From the IMG/VR virus record IMGVR_UViG_3300032157_000009, positions 1 to 62,368 of that record: 62,368 bases of DNA; one strand, 5' to 3'. This DNA comes from a virus. Lineage: Duplodnaviria > Caudoviricetes. Shown here piece by piece: positions 56,122 through 62,368 of the stretch. Both the position numbers and the translations under genes were made by a program. The number at the start of each line of letters is the position of its first letter. Within the stretch, counting starts at the first letter, position 1. Under the pieces are notes generated by a model. That model searched no databases and was not told the origin of the DNA. It was given only the letters and a program-made list of their open reading frames with translations.

Positions 56122-56293
56122 TGGAGCGTTGCGGAAGCAACAAGCCGACTGGAAACCGGCTCAAAGAAAAATGACAGCAATAAGTCCAACCGAATCTTCG
56201 ATGCGCGTGCGAGCGCAAGTGGGTAATTCAGGCCGCCAGGCCGACTGTCGCCCGTTTCCAACGTTCGCCCGCGCATCGAGGTTTTGTGTATGA
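56122..56293 (+). promoter_or_regulatory. Structured leader with 40-codon leader ORF (56171-56293) coupled to the initiator gene
   Basis: Hairpins GTTGC-GGAA-GCAAC, GCCG..CGGC and TCGATGCGCG/CGCGCATCGA; loop TGGAAAC is complementary to downstream GTTTCCA. Confidence 0.5.
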
Positions 56294-57072
56294 GCACTCT
56301 CAAAAAGTTTGATCGGCCAATCTGCTTCCAAAGAATTTTCGTTGAGTTGACAGGCACCATCACAGGAGCGTTGTTTCTTTCTCAGGCTGTGTATTGGCAA
56401 AATCGTTGCGACTCAGAAGACGGTTGGTGGTGGAAGACCCAAGAAGACTGGACGGAAGAAACGGGCATGACGCGTCACGAGCTTGTTTCGGCCAAAGAGA
56501 CAACCAAAAAGTTCATCCGCCACAAGCTGGGAGGAGTGCCTTGCCGAAGCTTTTGGAAGGTGGATGCAGACGCTTTAGATGCCTGTGTTCAGCTGGTGGA
56601 GTCCAGTTCGCCGGAATCCGGTGAACTGGATAGCCGGAAAGCGGCGAACAAGTCCGCTGAAAAGCGGCGAGCTTCTAAAGAGAAAACTTCTACTGAGAAC
56701 GGCGCTGTCGCGCCAACATCAAAAATAAGGAGCCTAACCGACCAATTCAGTTCAGCTTGGGCCAAAAGGTTTGGAATGCCCTACAAGTTTGGTGGCGCTG
56801 CTGACGGCAAGGCTGCTGATGAGCTTTTGAAGCTTGGCCTTTCCCCAGAGGAAATCATGGCGGTGGCCATCAAGGCTTGGAACAAACCAGAAGACTTCAA
56901 TTGCAAGTTTGCTTTGTCCCTCAAAGGCTTGGCCAGTCGGTTCAATGAGATCCGGGCTGAGGTGGGTTTGTTGAACAAGCCCAAAGGAAAAAACGAAATG
57001 CGCCCTGAAGGTTACCGACCTGACAAGGTTGATTCCAACAACAGATTTCACGTTCCCAGTGGAAACCTATGA
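56290..57072 (+). CDS. Replication initiator (lambda O-like position)
   Basis: GALFLSQAVYW...WWWKTQEDWTEETGMTRHE wHTH-like region, internal iterons, and position upstream of DnaB. Confidence 0.75.
   Translation: MSTLKKFDRPICFQRIFVELTGTITGALFLSQAVYWQNRCDSEDGWWWKTQEDWTEETGMTRHELVSAKETTKKFIRHKLGGVPCRSFWKVDADALDACVQLVESSSPESGELDSRKAANKSAEKRRASKEKTSTENGAVAPTSKIRSLTDQFSSAWAKRFGMPYKFGGAADGKAADELLKLGLSPEEIMAVAIKAWNKPEDFNCKFALSLKGLASRFNEIRAEVGLLNKPKGKNEMRPEGYRPDKVDSNNRFHVPSGNL
56605..56700. other. Putative replication origin: three tandem 23-bp iterons plus an A/T-richer tract
   Basis: AGTTCGCCGGAATCCGGTGAACT / GGATAGCCGGAAAGCGGCGAACA / AGTCCGCTGAAAAGCGGCGAGCT. Confidence 0.65.
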
Positions 57073-58544
57073 GCACCGTCTTTGGCAAGCGCAAGAAGGT
57101 CAAGTTGGTTGTGCCAGAGGAACCGACACCCGCGCCAGCTGTTGTTCCGCCCGACGCCAAAGAGCCTTCGCCTTTCGTTAACGGCCACAAGAAGCCAGCC
57201 GGGTTGCGCGTGGACCGGTTGCCGCCGCATTCGGAGGACATGGAACGTGGGGTGTTGGGGTGTGTGTTGCTGTCGCCCAACGAGGCTCTGGCGCTGTGCA
57301 TTCAAAAGTTTCCGGACGGCAAGGCAGAATTTTACGACCTGCGCCATCAAGTTATTTACGACACCTTGGTTGGGATGTATTTGAATCAACAGCCGGTGGA
57401 CGTGGTGACGCTGTACGAGAAGTTGAAACAAGGCCAGTGGCTGGAGGCGGTGGGCGGAATTGCCTACTTGAACGAAATTCAAGACAAGACGCCATCAGCG
57501 GCCAATTTTGCCTACTATGCTGACGTGGTTCATGACAAACATCTGTTGCGCAAGATGCTAGCAGTGTTCACTGCTGCAACCGATCAGATTTACAACCATC
57601 GTGATGGTGTGGACGTTTTGTTGGATGGGGTGGAGGTGGAGGTTTTGGCCGTGCGTCGGGCCAAGTCAACGAAACAAACCGCCATCAAGAGCGTGATCAA
57701 TGGAGCCATTGGTCGGATTGAGGCCAAGTTCAATTCCAAGGGAGCTCTTTCTGGTTTGTCCACCGGGTTTCCTGACTTGGACTATTATACTGACGGCCTG
57801 GTGGCCGGGGAGTTGATTGTGCCGGCTGCCTTTCCGGGTGACGGCAAGACGTCACTGGTCATGAATTTTGCAGAACACATTGTGTTGAATCTCAAATTGC
57901 CAGTGGCGGTGTTTTCCTTGGAGATGACTTCGGAGAGCTTGGGCATTCGGCTGTTGTGCTCGGTGGCTAAGGTGAATTTGAAGGACGTTTCCCGAGGCAA
58001 GTTGACCGAGGCAGATTTTCCAAAGTTGACTTCAGCCGCAGCCCGGTTGAGCGAGTCGGGTTTGCATTTGGTTGAGGATTGCGATTCCATTTCTCGGATC
58101 GTTGCGGAGTCTAGGCGTTTGAAACAAGAACACGACATCAAGCTGATTGTGGTGGACTATTTGCAATTGGTGACGGGTGGCGGTCGTGGTCAGGATGCCA
58201 ACCGGGAACAGGAAGTCAGTGGTGCAGCGGCTGCGCTCAAACGGCTGGCCAAGGAACTGAATGTGCCGGTGTTGGCACCGTCTCAATTGACCGACGACGG
58301 CAAGTTGCGCGAAAGTCGGGCCATCGGTCAGCACGCTGATGGGGTTTGGAAGCTAGAGCCAGAAGAGGAACAGGAAGGTGACCGGGATGTCGTGGATGCC
58401 GTCAAGTTGCGCATCGTCAAGAACCGCAATGGGCCAAGAGGAGTTTGTGTCAACTTGACGTTCCTCAAGACATTCACCCGGTTTGAATCGGCAGCCAGAG
58501 TTGACACCGAAGAAATCTCCAAGGGCGAACCACCACCAGAATAA
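57069..58544 (+). CDS. dnaB: Replicative DNA helicase
   Basis: PPHSEDMERGVLG, STGFPDLD, PGDGKT, FSLEM, VDYLQL, LRESRAIGQHAD, KNRNGP. Confidence 0.95.
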   Translation: MSTVFGKRKKVKLVVPEEPTPAPAVVPPDAKEPSPFVNGHKKPAGLRVDRLPPHSEDMERGVLGCVLLSPNEALALCIQKFPDGKAEFYDLRHQVIYDTLVGMYLNQQPVDVVTLYEKLKQGQWLEAVGGIAYLNEIQDKTPSAANFAYYADVVHDKHLLRKMLAVFTAATDQIYNHRDGVDVLLDGVEVEVLAVRRAKSTKQTAIKSVINGAIGRIEAKFNSKGALSGLSTGFPDLDYYTDGLVAGELIVPAAFPGDGKTSLVMNFAEHIVLNLKLPVAVFSLEMTSESLGIRLLCSVAKVNLKDVSRGKLTEADFPKLTSAAARLSESGLHLVEDCDSISRIVAESRRLKQEHDIKLIVVDYLQLVTGGGRGQDANREQEVSGAAAALKRLAKELNVPVLAPSQLTDDGKLRESRAIGQHADGVWKLEPEEEQEGDRDVVDAVKLRIVKNRNGPRGVCVNLTFLKTFTRFESAARVDTEEISKGEPPPE

Positions 58545-58553
58545 AGGATCAAA

Positions 58554-59078
58554 ATGAACGATGCATTCACCAGAGTAAGATTTTCTGACCCCACCATTCA
58601 TGCTATGTTGGACGCCGGGCGCAGCCTGGAGGAAACCATAGTTGCACTAGCGCAGGAAAAGAAGTTGTTGGGCCATTACCTGATGGAGTTGCCAGGCATT
58701 TCGCCGCGTAAGGTTGTGCTGCAGGACGGCAGAACAATGATTTGGAACTGCCCGGACGACCTTGTGCCAGAACACCATGGAGTAGATCTGGCTTTGGCGC
58801 AATCTCCAACTTGGCCACACGTGTTGGTCTTTGCCAAGCGCATGGAGGCCAAGCTTGCTCAGAACCGTCACAAAGGCGACCGCGAAGGCTGGCTGAAAGA
58901 CGACCCGTGGAATTTGGTGGAGCGCATGCTCGACGAAACCGTGGAGGTGCAGCATTGTTTCACGCTGGGGAGCGACGGACGAGCAGACTACGACAACGCC
59001 GAAAAACTGGCAGACGAGTGCGCCGATGTGGCGAACTTCTGCATGATGATTGCCGACGTCGCCAAGAGCCAAGAATGA
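58554..59078 (+). CDS. Protein with C-terminal MazG-like all-alpha domain
   Basis: FAKRMEAKL..N.HKG...E..E...ECADVANFCMMI. Confidence 0.55.
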   Translation: MNDAFTRVRFSDPTIHAMLDAGRSLEETIVALAQEKKLLGHYLMELPGISPRKVVLQDGRTMIWNCPDDLVPEHHGVDLALAQSPTWPHVLVFAKRMEAKLAQNRHKGDREGWLKDDPWNLVERMLDETVEVQHCFTLGSDGRADYDNAEKLADECADVANFCMMIADVAKSQE

Positions 59079-59081
59079 TTT

Positions 59082-59240
59082 ATGGAAAGCGAACTACAAC
59101 AACTCATCAACACCCTCGTCAAGGAGCGCGACTTGTATCGCAAGACCCTGATTGAGATTTCGGACCGAGGAGACGCCTGGTCGGCACAGAGAGCCACGGA
59201 AGCGGTCAAGCGATACATTTCACAGGAGGAGGGAAAATGA
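59082..59240 (+). CDS. 52-aa hypothetical protein
   Basis: Translated by hand (MESELQQLINTLVKERD...); fills the intergenic gap. Confidence 0.5.
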   Translation: MESELQQLINTLVKERDLYRKTLIEISDRGDAWSAQRATEAVKRYISQEEGK

Positions 59241-59241
59241 A

Positions 59242-59991
59242 ATGGTTTATTACAACGAAAATGACAAGAATGCAGCCAGTTGGATCAGAGGGCTAATTTC
59301 AGAGAGGTTGATTGAAGAAGGAATCGTTGATGAAAGAAGCATCAGAGATGTTAGCCCCTCAGACATTGCCGATTTTGAAGAGCGTCACTTCTTTGCAGGA
59401 ATCGCCGGCTGGCCACTCGCGCTGCGGCTCGCAGGCTGGCCAAAAGGCAGGAGCGTCTGGACTGGAAGTTGCCCGTGCCAGCCGTTCAGTCAACAAGTCA
59501 AGGGAGTTGCTGAAGGAGTGGGCGACGAACGGCACTTGTGGCCCGTCTTCCGCAAGCTCATCGAGGACTGCAATCCTGCAACGGTGTTTGGAGAGCAAGT
59601 TGCAGGAGCGGATGGCACTTTGTGGATGTCGGGGGTACGAATTGACTTGGAGAAAATTGACTATGCCGTGGGGATTGCCCGTTTGTGCGCTGCAGGGGCG
59701 GGTGCTCCGCATCTCAGAAACAGATTTTACTGGGTGGCCGACGCCACAGGCGCGGGATCACAAGGACATCGGCAAGAACGGTCCTTATCCGTATGCACTT
59801 ACACGTCATGCGCCAAGTTGCGCGACAAAATTGTTGAAGTTGGGAAAGGACTGGAGGGTGATCTCGGGTTTTTATTGCGTGGTGATGGGATTTCCGGTTC
59901 AGTGGAATCTTGTGCAGTCAAAGGTTATGGTAATGCCATCTTCCCGCCATTGGCGGCGGGTTTTATAGGAGCTTATTTGGATTGTTTATGA
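59242..59991 (+). CDS. DNA cytosine-C5 methyltransferase, large subunit
   Basis: FFAGIAG (motif I), GSCPCQPFS (IV), GEQV (VI), PHLRNRFYW (VIII), GYGNAI (X). Confidence 0.9.
   Translation: MVYYNENDKNAASWIRGLISERLIEEGIVDERSIRDVSPSDIADFEERHFFAGIAGWPLALRLAGWPKGRSVWTGSCPCQPFSQQVKGVAEGVGDERHLWPVFRKLIEDCNPATVFGEQVAGADGTLWMSGVRIDLEKIDYAVGIARLCAAGAGAPHLRNRFYWVADATGAGSQGHRQERSLSVCTYTSCAKLRDKIVEVGKGLEGDLGFLLRGDGISGSVESCAVKGYGNAIFPPLAAGFIGAYLDCL
59330..59968 (+). CDS. Nested out-of-frame ORF; candidate small subunit of the methyltransferase (start uncertain)
   Basis: WPTPQARDHK and motif-IX-like MGFPVQW, which the main frame lacks. Confidence 0.6.
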   Translation: MKEASEMLAPQTLPILKSVTSLQESPAGHSRCGSQAGQKAGASGLEVARASRSVNKSRELLKEWATNGTCGPSSASSSRTAILQRCLESKLQERMALCGCRGYELTWRKLTMPWGLPVCALQGRVLRISETDFTGWPTPQARDHKDIGKNGPYPYALTRHAPSCATKLLKLGKDWRVISGFYCVVMGFPVQWNLVQSKVMVMPSSRHWRRVL

Positions 59992-60218
59992 AATGGAGCA
60001 CCACCAGTCAACCCAACAGCCTCCCGCTAACCGACGCAAGCCCGATGCCTTGGGGCATTCACCAAGGCAAGCCCATGGCGCAGTTGCCGGTGGAGTATTT
60101 GCACTTCCTTTGGCAGGACCATAAGTTGAAGGACAGGCCACAAGACAATGTGTCGGCTTACATCAAGCGGTGCATTCCGGCGTTGCGAAAAGAGAATGGA
60201 GACTTGTTATGGGGCTGA
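59988..60218 (+). CDS. DUF3820-like small protein
   Basis: MPWGIHQGKPMAQLPVEYLHFL, a variant of MPFGKxKG...P..YL.W. Confidence 0.65.
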   Translation: MKWSTTSQPNSLPLTDASPMPWGIHQGKPMAQLPVEYLHFLWQDHKLKDRPQDNVSAYIKRCIPALRKENGDLLWG

Positions 60219-60411
60219 TTGTTGAGAGTCTGAATCGAAAGACAAAGGATTTTGATTTTGAGTTGTGGAAGGAACAGGACTCGTCGTGTCTTTTGTGTCA
60301 CAACCTTTTGTCTTTAGACTCAGGAGCGGAATGGCCAGAAGATCATAGATTGCTTTTGTGTTGGGGATGCATGAGCGAATTGTGTGCGGAGCTTTTGATG
60401 GAAGGTTGCAG

Positions 60412-60915
60412 ATGATCCTCACCGTCAAACCTATCAAAGGCGAGCCGACTTGCTTCCTCGTGGAAAGTTATACGCTCCGTTGCATTTCGTGCTCACGCCT
60501 GTTGCGCCGTTTTCCGGCCAACATGGTTTGGTTCAGTGAGAAGCAGAAAGCGTTGCTGGGCTTTGCCGGGGTTTGGACCAAGGTGGAGACCACGTTGGAA
60601 AAGTTGAAGCAGAACCGGGCCAACACGGCAGGGGATCAGTGCCCGAAGTGTGGCGGAGTTTTGGAGATGCGCTTTCACAAGGTGGACATTGCGGGCTACA
60701 ACTGCAACGGTGAGTGCGGGTGCGAATATTTTGCCGTCACGTTGCAAAAGCAATTGCGCCAAGCCCCCAAGTCCGAATGGAATCTGGGGCTGCACCGGTG
60801 TTCGCACATCGAGGCAGCCCGGGATTTTGCCATTGATGTGGTGGTGACCAGCCATGAATACCACCGGCTGCGCGTCAATGGCAACGGGAAACAACGAGAG
60901 GAACACGCTGCATGA
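60412..60915 (+). CDS. Zn-binding protein (SWIM-like C-terminus)
   Basis: CISC, CPKC, CGC...CSH. Confidence 0.6.
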   Translation: MILTVKPIKGEPTCFLVESYTLRCISCSRLLRRFPANMVWFSEKQKALLGFAGVWTKVETTLEKLKQNRANTAGDQCPKCGGVLEMRFHKVDIAGYNCNGECGCEYFAVTLQKQLRQAPKSEWNLGLHRCSHIEAARDFAIDVVVTSHEYHRLRVNGNGKQREEHAA

Positions 60916-61391
60916 AATATCAGAAGAAGACGAAACCCGCTATTTGGCGGGAAGCCTTCCCCAAACAAGCTGCCGCCCTGCGTCCAGGCCGCGTCGAGGA
61001 CGAAAAGGGTGGCCGTCGTCCCTTCCGGCCGCAAAAACGTCGCCTTGGCCCTGCAAAGCACGGCGCGAGGCGTTCACGGACACTGGCTCAAACCTTTCTG
61101 GCCGAGGAAAAGAAGCTCTACCGGCAGGAAGCTCGACAATTCGTGGCCACAAGCAACGACCTGGGCCAGTTTTGTCCGGTAGAATGGACGCTGAACAACC
61201 GGATTGTGCCGGTGGAGGAAATCCACCACATGCGCGGGCGGGGTCATGGTGGCCGCAGCCCGTTGTTGAGAGACCAACGCCATTGGTTGGCGGTCAGTTC
61301 CAGTGGCCATCGCTTCATCCACGAGAACACGGACAAAGCCAGAGAGCACGGTTGGATTTGCGCCAAAGGCCAATGGAACGTTGCGCCATGA
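60912..61391 (+). CDS. HNH-like nuclease
   Basis: EIHHMRGR...WLAV...HRFIH. Confidence 0.55.
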   Translation: MKYQKKTKPAIWREAFPKQAAALRPGRVEDEKGGRRPFRPQKRRLGPAKHGARRSRTLAQTFLAEEKKLYRQEARQFVATSNDLGQFCPVEWTLNNRIVPVEEIHHMRGRGHGGRSPLLRDQRHWLAVSSSGHRFIHENTDKAREHGWICAKGQWNVAP

Positions 61392-61720
61392 TGCTCAAGC
61401 GCGGACAACTTCTGTTGCTGGTGTGCAACCGTTGCAAGGCGGAGTTGCCCATCGCTTACGGGCACAACGCCGAAAACATCACGCCCGAAATTGCCAGTCA
61501 GCAGTTCACCTGCCTGGGCTGGACCACCAAGGGCAACGTTTCCGCCTGTCCGAAGCATTCTCGGTTGTCGGCTTTGACCGCCAAGGAAGTGTTGGCCGAC
61601 TTCATGAATTTCCTGAAGTTGACCGGGCGCAAGGCGATTCCACATCCCAAAGACCTGCTGAAAGACGAGCTGAAGGAATGGGTTGGCAGCACGATTTTTG
61701 GGCGAAACCGCACCAAATGA
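61388..61720 (+). CDS. Zn-binding hypothetical protein
   Basis: CNRC...GW......CPKH. Confidence 0.55.
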   Translation: MMLKRGQLLLLVCNRCKAELPIAYGHNAENITPEIASQQFTCLGWTTKGNVSACPKHSRLSALTAKEVLADFMNFLKLTGRKAIPHPKDLLKDELKEWVGSTIFGRNRTK

Positions 61721-61791
61721 AAATAGTTGAAGATTTTTCTTTCCTTTTGCCCAACGGTCAGGCATTTTTGGTTGTGAAAGTTAAGAATGCT
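61718..61791 (+). promoter_or_regulatory. Conserved promoter/operator copy 4
   Basis: 47 bp identical to 48311-48357; AAGAATGCTATG leader. Confidence 0.8.
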
Positions 61792-62139
61792 ATGAAAATC
61801 AAACCCATGAACATCGAAGACCTAACCATCAAGGATGCCCGTGCACTCGTTGCGTTGTTTGGCAATCAAACCCCGAACGAGAATCCATTCAAGATTGGTG
61901 CGAATTATTTCCTGCGCACCGTCACCCATCACCACACCGGGAGACTGGTGCAAGTCACCCAGACCGAGCTTGTCTTGGAGGACGCTGCGTGGATTGCGGA
62001 CGACGGACGATTTTCGGACGCACTCAAGAAATGTGAGTTTGGAGAAGTTGAGCCCTTTCCAAAGGGTCGCGTCATCATTGGCCGTGGGTCGTTGATTGAT
62101 GCGGTGGAAATTGACAAGGTGCCGATGTCACAAAAGTAA
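61792..62139 (+). CDS. Small beta-barrel phage protein (DUF6948-like)
   Basis: YFLRTVTHHHTGRL....ELVLEDAAWIAD.GRF; start may instead be 61807. Confidence 0.6.
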   Translation: MKIKPMNIEDLTIKDARALVALFGNQTPNENPFKIGANYFLRTVTHHHTGRLVQVTQTELVLEDAAWIADDGRFSDALKKCEFGEVEPFPKGRVIIGRGSLIDAVEIDKVPMSQK

Positions 62140-62140
62140 C

Positions 62141-62368
62141 ATGAATGTCGCTGTTGCCTTTGAAGGTTGGTCGCGGTCGGGATCGCGGTCGCGGTCGCGG
62201 TCGGGGTCGCGGTCGGGGTCGGGGTCGCGGTCGGGGTCGGGGTCGTGGTCGGGGTCGTGGTCGGGGTCGCGGTCGTGGTCGGGGTCGTGGTCGTGGTCGG
62301 GGTCGGGGTCGTGGTCGGGGTCGTGGTCGTGGTCGGGGTCGGGGTCGTGGTCGGGGTCGCGGTCGTGG
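62141..62368 (+). CDS. Low-complexity repeat ORF (MNVAVAFEGW-(S-[R/G/W])n), continuing into 1-76
   Basis: ATG 62141 is open to the contig end, and the same repeat resumes at position 1. Confidence 0.55.
   Translation, partial: MNVAVAFEGWSRSGSRSRSRSGSRSGSGSRSGSGSWSGSWSGSRSWSGSWSWSGSGSWSGSWSWSGSGSWSGSRSW
62169..62368 (+). repeat. Tandem hexamer repeat, right end
   Basis: About 33 units of GGTCG[C/G/T]. Confidence 0.9.

Noticed and set aside
62169-62368. Terminal repeats as telomeres or a CRISPR array
   Set aside because: There are no spacers. Both ends carry the repeat in the same orientation, with a start codon before it and a stop after it, which fits an assembly break in a coding repeat.

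Overview
The window looks like a near-complete, probably circular ~62 kb tailed-phage (Caudoviricetes) genome. Essentially all genes are on the + strand, and the contig is broken inside a TCG-NGG hexamer repeat present at both ends. Modules in order: nucleotide metabolism and replication (NDT-like hydrolase, HAD phosphatase, ThyX variant, DnaE, MazG-like); an accessory region; terminase; an accessory cassette with a radical SAM gene; Mu-like head genes (DUF935 portal, gpI-like protease, capsid, NUDIX-MuF); tail genes with a -1 frameshift chaperone; a large fibre/adhesin block; holin-like and lipoprotein genes; and early/replication genes (SSB-like, SF1 helicase, initiator with iterons, DnaB, C5 methyltransferase). 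I recognised no integrase, repressor, primase or endolysin. The most striking signal is at 10714-11780: an integrase-less array of four integron attC-like hairpins, oriented opposite to transcription, through which the small ORFs are translated. Stop/start codons sit in or just past the hairpins, and the reading phase is conserved at the predicted crossover point. Other notable signals: Sec-type signal peptides and Thr-Asn enrichment on the fibre proteins, a tRNA-like 116-nt element ending in ACCA, a leader-peptide/RNA switch before the initiator, and four copies of a ~47-bp promoter/operator. All family assignments come from motif recognition by eye; no searches were run.
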